Source: a virus (lineage: Duplodnaviria; Heunggongvirae; Uroviricota; Caudoviricetes). From it: DNA of 64,000 nucleotides. The notes below the pieces were generated by a model, which did no database searches, was not told the DNA's origin, and was given only the letters and a program-made list of their open reading frames with translations. A program made the position numbers and the translations under genes. Positions 56,473 to 64,000 of this stretch are shown here, one piece after another. Position 1 is the stretch's first letter. Every line of letters begins with the position of its first letter. The DNA lies in IMG/VR virus record IMGVR_UViG_3300042564_004185, positions 15,198 to 79,197 of that record, one strand, 5' to 3'.

Positions 56473-58032
56473 ATGGCTATTATTAATGTAAGAAAAGATG
56501 GTTCAGGGCAAGCAACCACTATTCAACAAGGAATTCAATTAGCACAAGCTGGTGATATAGTTGATGTTGAAGCTGGTACATTCGATGAGAATGTTGATTT
56601 ATGGAAAGGTATAACTTTACAAGGTGCAGGAATGGGTCACACAATCGTGACAGGTGCAACTAGAACTGCAATAACATCAAAGGCGTTCACTTGGTCTTTA
56701 GGTGCAACAACTCTTAATATTGCAGCAGGGCATGACACTTCAGCATACGAAGTTGGTAGAATTGTAACAGCAACTGGTATTCCTGCAAATACTAGAATTG
56801 TATCTAAAACAATTAGCTCTTTAACAATTTCAGCAGCAACAACACAAGCTGCAACTACAGCTAGAGCAGTGGCAATGGCATTACAAAACGATGCGACTAT
56901 TCGAGTTCGTGGAACAAACGGTATTATCAGAGATATGAAATTTGTAGGGTTTGATAATCCAAATCCAGCAACAGAGTACTCTGCGATTTATTTCCGAAAT
57001 ACTGCTTTAGGTTCAGCAGCTGCTAATGGATGGGAAGTATCCAATTGTGAATTTGAAGCTAATGGTGAATATGCGTTTTTAACGGATTATGCTGCTGGTG
57101 TTGGAAATCTTAATATTCACGATAACGTATTTTCAGGTAAAACTTTTACGGGAGCAAATCCTGCAACAGGAAATCAATTTTCAGTTTGGAACGTCCCTCG
57201 TCAATTAATCACAATCCAAAGTGTTAACAGTGGATCTATTTTATTTCAAAATAATCAAATCACTGGAATTACAGGGGGATTAACAATCGATGGTGTTCAA
57301 AGTTTTAATACCGCAGTAACAATTGATCCAGTTGGTTCAGTGATTTCAGGTAACGTAATTAATACAACTTCAGGATATGGATATGGTCTTCGTGCCAGAG
57401 GTCTAAATTCTAGTGTTGAAAACAACGTAAACATTGGCACTTCAGCAGGATATTACATACTTCCAAATCACTCAGTTAATATTTCTGTATCTGTTGGGAC
57501 GATGGTTTTCGTATCATCAAAATTTTGGATTTGTACTCAGGCTCACACATCAAGTGCTTTAAATTCACCGACAGGTGCTGAGGGATCTCTTCATTGGTCG
57601 GAAATTACTTTAGAACAAGTAAATAATTCTGGTGACTATGGTGTTGGAATTGCCGTTGTTGGTACAAATAACAATGTTGTTGATGTACTTGTGACTATTT
57701 CACAATCTGGATCAGGACAACCAATGCTTTTTAGTATGTCTAAGAATATGGTTAAGTCACTTCCTCAAGTTACGGCTGATGCTGTGTTTTCAGATGAATC
57801 AAACTGGAAGCTTGTGTCTTTTATTTTTAAAAAATCATCTAATGCTCAAAGAATTGTTTCATCATTTAGAGATTTTGAAGCTGAGAAATCAGTAAATTTA
57901 AAGAGTGGAATGGTTTCAGGTGATGACTTCGAGCTTCATAAAATCATTATTTCAAAAGCTGATAGAACTTTATTAGTGATGAAAAGAGATGATATTGAAG
58001 ATGCACAAGAATTCGATTTTACATTGCAATAA
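56473..58032 (+). CDS. right-handed beta-helix (pectate-lyase-fold) tailspike/depolymerase-like protein
   Basis: The N-terminus VRKDGSGQATTIQQGIQLAQAGDIVDVEAGTF is the canonical start of pectate-lyase-like beta-helix proteins. Long G/T/N/V-rich beta-repeat body. Confidence 0.5.
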   Translation: MAIINVRKDGSGQATTIQQGIQLAQAGDIVDVEAGTFDENVDLWKGITLQGAGMGHTIVTGATRTAITSKAFTWSLGATTLNIAAGHDTSAYEVGRIVTATGIPANTRIVSKTISSLTISAATTQAATTARAVAMALQNDATIRVRGTNGIIRDMKFVGFDNPNPATEYSAIYFRNTALGSAAANGWEVSNCEFEANGEYAFLTDYAAGVGNLNIHDNVFSGKTFTGANPATGNQFSVWNVPRQLITIQSVNSGSILFQNNQITGITGGLTIDGVQSFNTAVTIDPVGSVISGNVINTTSGYGYGLRARGLNSSVENNVNIGTSAGYYILPNHSVNISVSVGTMVFVSSKFWICTQAHTSSALNSPTGAEGSLHWSEITLEQVNNSGDYGVGIAVVGTNNNVVDVLVTISQSGSGQPMLFSMSKNMVKSLPQVTADAVFSDESNWKLVSFIFKKSSNAQRIVSSFRDFEAEKSVNLKSGMVSGDDFELHKIIISKADRTLLVMKRDDIEDAQEFDFTLQ

Positions 58033-58042
58033 AGCAATAATA

Positions 58043-58068
58043 GGGGAGCTTCGGCTCCCTTTTTTTTA
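58043..58068 (+). terminator. rho-independent terminator
   Basis: ggggagc-ttcg-gctccct followed by tttttttt. Confidence 0.55.
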
Positions 58069-58070
58069 TA

Positions 58071-58083
58071 TTTTAACAACTTT
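58071..58083 (+). promoter_or_regulatory. TTTTAACAACTTT motif copy
   Basis: About 70 nt upstream of the scaffold gene ATG. Confidence 0.4.
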
Positions 58084-58154
58084 CTATATAAATCCTACCC
58101 AATTTCGGGTGGATAACTTATTTTCTACCCATTTTGGGCGAAAAAAGGATAATT

Positions 58155-59138
58155 ATGTCAGAAAGTATCAACGGGGCATCAGCTCCTTCGGCTTCTCCTG
58201 TTGCCGAATCATCACAATCACAGGGTAATTCTAATGAAATTGAACTAAATAGTCAATCACATTCTTCAGGTGGTCAAGATTTACCATCTGCTGAATCAAT
58301 TGATGCTGATCCTAGCCTTAGTAAAGCTCAAAAAAAAGAAGCTAAGAAGCTTTTAAAAGAGCTAGAGCTAAAGTATAATGGTAAAGTTTCAAAGGAACGA
58401 CTACCGTTTGAAATCCCTGAAGAACATGCCGATTGGATGCGTAGACAGATGCAAATGGCTAAGATGGCACAAGTAAAAGCACAAGAAAGTTCAGCACTTG
58501 AACGTGATGTACTTGAGTTTTTCAATGAATTAAGACAAAATCCAAGAAAAGCACTATCAAATCCTGAGTTCGGTGTCGATATTAAGAAGTTAGCGGCTGA
58601 AATTCTTGAAGAAGAACTAGCAAACGCACAAAAATCACCAGAACAATTGGAGAGAGAGCGTTTAGAAATCGAATTACGTGAGCTTAGAGAAAGAGAAAAG
58701 CATAGAGATGAGGAATTAAGACGAATTCAAGAGGAAAAAATAGTAGAACAAGCTGCTCAAGAGTTTGATATTCAAATGTCTGAAACGCTTGACAAGTATA
58801 ATATTCCTAGAACACCGCTTGCCATTAAGAAAATGGCTGAGTATATGAGTTTAGCCATTCAAAACCAAGAACACCCAGACATGGAAGTTATCGGTCAATT
58901 AGTTGAAGAGGAGATGATGACTGATTATCGTGATCATTTGAACTCATTACCACCGGAAAGAATTGTTCAATTGCTAGGTGAAGAAGTTTTTGATAAAGTT
59001 CGTAAAGATAGAGTGTCTAAAATGAAAAAAGGACAACCTTCTGTCAAGGCTTTAGCTAAAGATACAGCTCAACCTAAGCAAAAATCAGAAGAAAAACCAA
59101 TTAAAAAACAATCATTTAAGGATTTTTTCGGAGTATAA
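58155..59138 (+). CDS. scaffolding protein candidate
   Basis: Start at the ATG after AAAAGGA. E/K/R-rich coiled coil directly upstream of the major capsid gene. Confidence 0.4.
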   Translation: MSESINGASAPSASPVAESSQSQGNSNEIELNSQSHSSGGQDLPSAESIDADPSLSKAQKKEAKKLLKELELKYNGKVSKERLPFEIPEEHADWMRRQMQMAKMAQVKAQESSALERDVLEFFNELRQNPRKALSNPEFGVDIKKLAAEILEEELANAQKSPEQLERERLEIELRELREREKHRDEELRRIQEEKIVEQAAQEFDIQMSETLDKYNIPRTPLAIKKMAEYMSLAIQNQEHPDMEVIGQLVEEEMMTDYRDHLNSLPPERIVQLLGEEVFDKVRKDRVSKMKKGQPSVKALAKDTAQPKQKSEEKPIKKQSFKDFFGV

Positions 59139-59187
59139 GTAATAGAAATTATTAAGAACTACTAAAAATTACAGGTAGTTCTTATAA

Positions 59188-59201
59188 TTTTAACAACTTG
59201 G
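59188..59201 (+). promoter_or_regulatory. TTTTAACAACTTGG motif copy
   Basis: About 150 nt upstream of the capsid ATG, in an A-rich leader. Confidence 0.35.
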
Positions 59202-59340
59202 AGTGTAGAGAACTTTTATTTTATTTATGCGACTTCTCTTTACCATCTGGGAGAGAATATCAAAATAAAATGATAATAAAAATTCAAAACAAATACAAAA
59301 ATAATTTAACAAAAAATTTTACAAAAGTAAAGGAAAATTT

Positions 59341-60594
59341 ATGTCTGCTGAAAACAAATTTACCCCGGTCGATGGTGTACTCGGGAATCTAAACGGTCTA
59401 TTTAAACAAATTTATGCTGATAAACTTAAAGATTTGATCCCTGATGGCGTTAAGCTATTGAATATGATCAAGTTTTCTGCTAAAGATAAAACTGGTGACA
59501 AGTATAATCAACCAGTTATCCTTGGTATGGAACATGGTGTAACATTCGCTGCTTCAGAAGAAGATGCTTTCGCATTAAATCCTGCTGTTGCTGGTCAAAT
59601 TAAAAACGCTGAAGTTCGTGGTAACGCACTAGTTCTTCGTTCAGTAATCGGTTATAAAGCAATTTCTGCTTCTATCGGTTCTGAAGCTGCTTTCCAAGAA
59701 GCTACGAAGTACCTTGTTGCTAACATGCTTCGTTCAGTAACTAAAAAATTAGAAATCGAAATGCTTTACGGAACTAAAGGTTACGGTAAAGTTGCTTCTA
59801 AATCAGGTTCAACAATTGAAATTGAAGCTGCTGAATGGGCACCGGGAATTTGGGCAGGTGCTGAAGGTATGCCAATCGATATCGTTGATGCTGATGGTGT
59901 AACAATTAATCAAACAGCAACTGTTTCTTCAGTAAATTTTGAAACAAAAGTTGTAACTCTATCTACTGCAGTTGATGCTGCCGTTTCTGCTGGTGATACA
60001 GTATTCCATAAAGGTGCTCTAGGTAAAGAATTCAAAGGAATTCACGCAATTCTTGAGCAACAATCTGGTGATCTTTTCAATATCAACCAATCTACTTATA
60101 ATCTTTTCCGTGGTAACGTTTATGACTGTTCAGGTGATGAACTTTCTTTCGACCACTTGAACAATGCGATCGCTCGTGCTGTTGAAAAAGGTCTAGATTC
60201 TAAAGTTGTTTGTATGGTTAACCCTAGAACTTGGGCTGATCTATTAACTGAGCAAGCTGCTCTCCGTAAATATGACAGTTCTTATAGTTCTGCTAAACTT
60301 GAGCAGGGTTCTAAGGGACTTCTTTTCCACTCTCAGAACGGTGAAATCGAAATCGTTCCTTCTATCTATGTGAAAGAAGGTTTCGCTTATATGATTGAGC
60401 CTTCTAGCTTCATGAGAGTTGGTTCACAAGACGTTTCTTTCAAACGTCCGGGCTTCGGTGACGATTTCTTCCGTGAACTTGACTCAGCTGCTGGATTTGA
60501 ACTCCGTTGCTACTGTGACCAAGCTCTTTTCACAAGCCAACCGTCACATAACGTATTGATTACAGGAATTGTAAACAATCAAGCCGCTCCTTAA
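59341..60594 (+). CDS. major capsid protein candidate
   Basis: 417 aa following the scaffold candidate. Codon usage is visibly biased toward GGT/GCT/CGT/TTC, consistent with high expression. Strong terminator downstream. Confidence 0.5.
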   Translation: MSAENKFTPVDGVLGNLNGLFKQIYADKLKDLIPDGVKLLNMIKFSAKDKTGDKYNQPVILGMEHGVTFAASEEDAFALNPAVAGQIKNAEVRGNALVLRSVIGYKAISASIGSEAAFQEATKYLVANMLRSVTKKLEIEMLYGTKGYGKVASKSGSTIEIEAAEWAPGIWAGAEGMPIDIVDADGVTINQTATVSSVNFETKVVTLSTAVDAAVSAGDTVFHKGALGKEFKGIHAILEQQSGDLFNINQSTYNLFRGNVYDCSGDELSFDHLNNAIARAVEKGLDSKVVCMVNPRTWADLLTEQAALRKYDSSYSSAKLEQGSKGLLFHSQNGEIEIVPSIYVKEGFAYMIEPSSFMRVGSQDVSFKRPGFGDDFFRELDSAAGFELRCYCDQALFTSQPSHNVLITGIVNNQAAP

Positions 60595-60621
60595 TTAAAT
60601 CTGAAATAAAACTAATGTTTT

Positions 60622-60648
60622 AGCCCGGTGCAATGCCGGGCTTTTTTA
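60622..60648 (+). terminator. rho-independent terminator
   Basis: agcccgg-tgcaatg-ccgggct followed by ttttt. Confidence 0.65.
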
Positions 60649-60664
60649 TTTATGATGTATCTAT

Positions 60665-60677
60665 TTTAACAACTAGA
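60665..60677 (+). promoter_or_regulatory. TTTTAACAACTAG motif copy
   Basis: 30 nt upstream of the ATG at 60707. Confidence 0.4.
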
Positions 60678-60706
60678 TATGTTATTCTCTTGATTTTAGG
60701 TACAGA

Positions 60707-61210
60707 ATGGCTATAAAACTCATAATTAAAGGTACTCCGGTTGAACTTCCTGAATCAGGTCAATCCCCCAATTGGGCACCCGGAATAATAGAAGCAATAC
60801 AAGCTCTAAGTGAAGCTGTAAATTCAATTTCTGGTACATACGACGTTGCCCCTCAAGTTCAAAACATAAGTGCATTTCCTGAAAGCTCAAATATTGAAAT
60901 TAATAACCTAGTTTTCCCAGCTGAAGAAGTAAGAGCTGCCACTATTTTTTATAGTGTATACAGAAAAACTGAAACAGATGGACCAAACTTAGGTCAAGAA
61001 TTAGCAGAAGCTGGAACATTACAAATTGTGTATAATCCATCCAATCCTGTTAATAATAAATGGGAAATTCAAAGAGAATTTGTTGGAAATGCTAACATGC
61101 AATTCAGCATTGACGATCTTGGTCAAATGAAATTCACCACAGAAGAAATGACAGGCATTGACCATACTGGAATTTTATCGTATAGGGCGATATCAATTTT
61201 AAATACTTAA
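60707..61210 (+). CDS. hypothetical structural protein
   Basis: 167-aa ORF between the capsid and fibre genes. Confidence 0.35.
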   Translation: MAIKLIIKGTPVELPESGQSPNWAPGIIEAIQALSEAVNSISGTYDVAPQVQNISAFPESSNIEINNLVFPAEEVRAATIFYSVYRKTETDGPNLGQELAEAGTLQIVYNPSNPVNNKWEIQREFVGNANMQFSIDDLGQMKFTTEEMTGIDHTGILSYRAISILNT

Positions 61211-61225
61211 TAGGATATAACAATT

Positions 61226-63445
61226 ATGTTGAATATTAAAAAATTTCTTCTTGCAATAGGCTTAGTTCCAAAAGATACAACAGAAATTAATTCACAAGGT
61301 GAATTAGAAGTATTAAATACCGATGGTAAACTTAGATATTGCAATGGTTCTTCCGTTTCTCCTGTCGTAACAGAATCACATTCCGCAACTCTAACAAATA
61401 AAACAATCGATGCTAATGGAACTGGTAACAGTATTAGCAATCTTGAAACAGCTGATCTGGCTGATGGTGTATTAAACACCGATTTAATTGATGCTTTAAT
61501 TGAAAATCCAGCAAGCGATACACAAATTCCTTCAGCTCTTGCTGTAAAAACATACGTAGATGCTCAAGTTGGGGGTAAGGATGAGGCAGATGAGATAATA
61601 GTTGATCCTGCTGTCGCTGGTGCAACAAATGTACAATCCGCTTTAACTAATATTAATACAGCAATTAATGATCACATTGGTGACACCACCGATGCCCACG
61701 ATGCTTCGGCTATCTCTGTTGTTCCAACTGGTAATTTAGCAGCTGACGATGTACAAGAAGCATTACAAGAATTACAAACAGATATTGATACAAGAGCAAC
61801 ATCAACAGCATTAACCAATCACACAGGTGCCACAACCGGAGCACACGCTGCTTCTGCTATTTCAGTTGATCCAACAGTTGGAGGAGCATCGAATGTTCAA
61901 ACTGCCCTAACAAATCATCAAGCACACGTAAGTGCTTCTACAAACGTTCACGGATTAGCTGTTGGAAGCTCTGTTGTTGGTACAACTGACACCCAAGAGC
62001 TAACAAATAAAACTCTTACAGGTGCAAGTATTAAGACTCCTGTTCGTTCTGACGTTAAACAAGACACAATTGCTAATCTTACAACATACGCAGCTTCGGC
62101 TACAAATGGACAAATTGTTTTTGCAACAGACGAAAAACAAATGTATCAAATTGTAGATAATGAACTAGTGACAGTTGGTGGAGCAAGCACTGTTACCTTA
62201 ATACAAGGTGAATTATTAAGTGTAAATGACTATGTATATATTTCAACTGGAACAGATAATGATAGTGCAAGAACAGCTGGTTATTTATATAAAGTTGATG
62301 CAACCAATGACTCTAGGGCAGATGCTTTAGGATTTGTTAAAAAAATAATACCTAGTTCATCTTCAACATTTGATGAAACTTTTGAATCGGGTAATTTTAC
62401 AGCAAATGGATGGACAGTTGTTAATGGTACACAAACTAATAAATTCCATGTTGGAACAGCAACTACTCTCAGTGGTTCATATTCAGCTTATATATCTAAT
62501 GATTCGGGAGTAAGTAATGCTTATACTACTACTGGAGGTACATCTGCTGTATATTTTTATAAAGATTTATTAGTACCATCGACAGGTATTTTAACATTTT
62601 CTTATAAATCCGTCGGTGAATTTATAGGGAGCACCCCGTACGATTATGGTCAAATAATTATTGACCCTAACCTAACAGTCGTTCCTGTAGCAGGTACTGC
62701 CATCACCACAACTCCAGCTGGGGGAATTAGACAAGTTCTATCTTCTACTTCATTGTGGACTGATGTAACTATAAATTTATCCGCTTATTCAGGATCTACT
62801 GTTAGAATTATATTTGGATGGAGAAATGATAGTGCCATAGGGACTCAACCACCATTAGCTATTGACAATATTAACCTAAGTTCTGTTGGAGCAGCGGAAG
62901 TTCAAACTTCTGGAAATTTTGCAGGACTTTCTGGACTTACAGCTGGTAAAGTTTATTATGCTTCAGCTTCAACCCCCGGAGCAATTACAGCAACGCCTCC
63001 ATCAACTAATGGACAATGGATTATTCCCTCTGCTTTAGCTGTTTCAGCTAGTGAAATCGTAATTAACCCTGTCGCCTCCGCAAGCTCTATTTATGTTGTA
63101 GATAATGATGATTCTTTTACAATAGTCAATGCTCAATTAAGCCCTGCTAATATTACTGGCTTATTGTTTGATCCTATTGTAACTCGATCGTTTTCGTTGG
63201 ATTATGTTATTTATCGTCAAACTGATACAGCAAGTTCTGCCGTTGCTCAAACAGGACAGTTACGTGGAGTTTATAACACACAAGCGGCTATATGGCTTAT
63301 GTCAGATGATTTTTCTGGACAAAATGCGGCAGTAACTTTTAGTATTCAACCGTCCGGACAAATACAATATACTTCATCAGATATTACTGGAGCAAACTAC
63401 ATCGGATCTCTTAAATATAATATCAGAAAAACTTTCGGAGTTTAA
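61226..63445 (+). CDS. tail fibre protein with repeated xDAHxASAISVxP motifs
   Basis: Repeats TDAHDASAISVVPTG and TGAHAASAISVDPTV, repeated LTNKT(I/L) segments and S/T/G-rich beta composition. Confidence 0.5.
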   Translation: MLNIKKFLLAIGLVPKDTTEINSQGELEVLNTDGKLRYCNGSSVSPVVTESHSATLTNKTIDANGTGNSISNLETADLADGVLNTDLIDALIENPASDTQIPSALAVKTYVDAQVGGKDEADEIIVDPAVAGATNVQSALTNINTAINDHIGDTTDAHDASAISVVPTGNLAADDVQEALQELQTDIDTRATSTALTNHTGATTGAHAASAISVDPTVGGASNVQTALTNHQAHVSASTNVHGLAVGSSVVGTTDTQELTNKTLTGASIKTPVRSDVKQDTIANLTTYAASATNGQIVFATDEKQMYQIVDNELVTVGGASTVTLIQGELLSVNDYVYISTGTDNDSARTAGYLYKVDATNDSRADALGFVKKIIPSSSSTFDETFESGNFTANGWTVVNGTQTNKFHVGTATTLSGSYSAYISNDSGVSNAYTTTGGTSAVYFYKDLLVPSTGILTFSYKSVGEFIGSTPYDYGQIIIDPNLTVVPVAGTAITTTPAGGIRQVLSSTSLWTDVTINLSAYSGSTVRIIFGWRNDSAIGTQPPLAIDNINLSSVGAAEVQTSGNFAGLSGLTAGKVYYASASTPGAITATPPSTNGQWIIPSALAVSASEIVINPVASASSIYVVDNDDSFTIVNAQLSPANITGLLFDPIVTRSFSLDYVIYRQTDTASSAVAQTGQLRGVYNTQAAIWLMSDDFSGQNAAVTFSIQPSGQIQYTSSDITGANYIGSLKYNIRKTFGV

Positions 63446-63446
63446 T

Positions 63447-64000
63447 ATGCCTTTAAAGAATGGTAAAACAACAGCTTCATTACGGACAATTATTGTTGGC
63501 TCTGTAATTCCTGCCGGAACAATTGCACCATTCGGCGGAGGCACAGTTCCTGAAGGGTGGCTTCTTTGTGATGGTTCAACTGTAAGTAGAACAACATACT
63601 CTGCATTATTTTCTGCTGTAGGAACTGTTCACGGACAAGGTAATGGTTCTTCTACATTTCATTTGCCAGATTATAGAGGCAGATTCCTTCGAGGTGCTGA
63701 TAATATGGGGACTGGTGCTGCTGGTCGTGATCCTAACGCTGAAACAAGAACAGCCGCTAATACAGGTGGAGCTACTGGTTCTGGAGTTGGATCTGTTCAA
63801 GCAGACGCATTACAGAATATTACTGGACAGGTTGCGACAACCGACGATAATGCTACAACTATGAACGCTAGAATAAAAGCTGGGTTTACAGGTGTTTTTT
63901 CTGCTGTCAATGTTACAGGAAATCCTATGGATAGTAATAGTGTGCCAGCAAGTCAAACATTCCCGGGTATTATAGATTTTGATGCATCAAGAGTAGCTAG
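63447..64000 (+). CDS. phage tail-collar-domain fibre protein, 3'-truncated by the window end
   Basis: PEGWLLCDGSTVSRTTYSALFSAVG...HLPDYRGRFLRG matches the tail-collar signature (GWLxCDG...Y.LF..IG...LPDLRGRF). Confidence 0.5.
   Translation, partial: MPLKNGKTTASLRTIIVGSVIPAGTIAPFGGGTVPEGWLLCDGSTVSRTTYSALFSAVGTVHGQGNGSSTFHLPDYRGRFLRGADNMGTGAAGRDPNAETRTAANTGGATGSGVGSVQADALQNITGQVATTDDNATTMNARIKAGFTGVFSAVNVTGNPMDSNSVPASQTFPGIIDFDASRVA

Noticed and set aside
59198-59392. 64-aa ORF in the capsid leader
   Set aside because: Lies in the A-rich untranslated leader and overlaps the capsid start. No RBS.
1-64000. tRNA genes, CRISPR arrays, integrase or repressor, reverse transcriptase (DGR/retron)
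   Set aside because: I scanned intergenic regions for GTTCGA/TTCGAAT T-loop signatures and found none. No repeat-spacer arrays. No tyrosine or serine recombinase motifs. No YxDD RT motif in any ORF.

Overview
This 64-kb window is AT-rich (about one-third GC), densely coding and split into two opposed transcription blocks. I saw no integrase, rRNA, tRNA or CRISPR array. It reads as a virulent tailed phage genome, probably podovirus-like and circularly permuted in the assembly. The structural genes at the right end (fibres, tail-collar fibre) continue into plus-strand genes at the left end (1-5003). The minus-strand block (5012-44612) carries early and replication genes: family-B DNA polymerase, AEP-primase/SF4-helicase fusion, single-chain ribonucleotide reductase, dUTPase, T4-type dNMP kinase, two classic-clade AAA+ ATPases, a Rad52/Sak-like annealase with a Cas4/RecB-like nuclease, a DnaQ-like exonuclease, two metallophosphoesterases, an HNH endonuclease and many small ORFs. 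The plus-strand block (45322-64000 plus 1-5003) carries a GIY-YIG-like protein, an M15-peptidase endolysin candidate, TerS/TerL, a trypsin-like protease, a portal candidate, an SLT transglycosylase, repeat-containing fibres, a beta-helix tailspike, scaffold, major capsid and tail fibres. Features not explained by ordinary gene calls: (1) a HicA-family toxin homologue coupled to a non-HicB partner that has a paralogue elsewhere; (2) an SPFH/band-7 protein flanked by a secreted zincin and a small membrane protein; (3) an Hsp90/MORC-like GHKL ATPase followed by a zinc-ribbon protein; (4) an ArdC-like zincin; (5) three 330-440-bp noncoding islands of raised GC; (6) a divergent control region (44613-45321) packed with TTGACAC half-sites, 20-nt ATGTAA-N4-TTGAAATCAC repeats, about seven iteron-like 19-21-bp repeats and a G9 run; (7) a conserved TTTTAACAACT(A/T)G motif upstream of at least eight plus-strand genes; (8) a 22-nt motif repeated in minus-strand intergenic regions. 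All calls rest on motif reading of the provided translations. No database searches were run.
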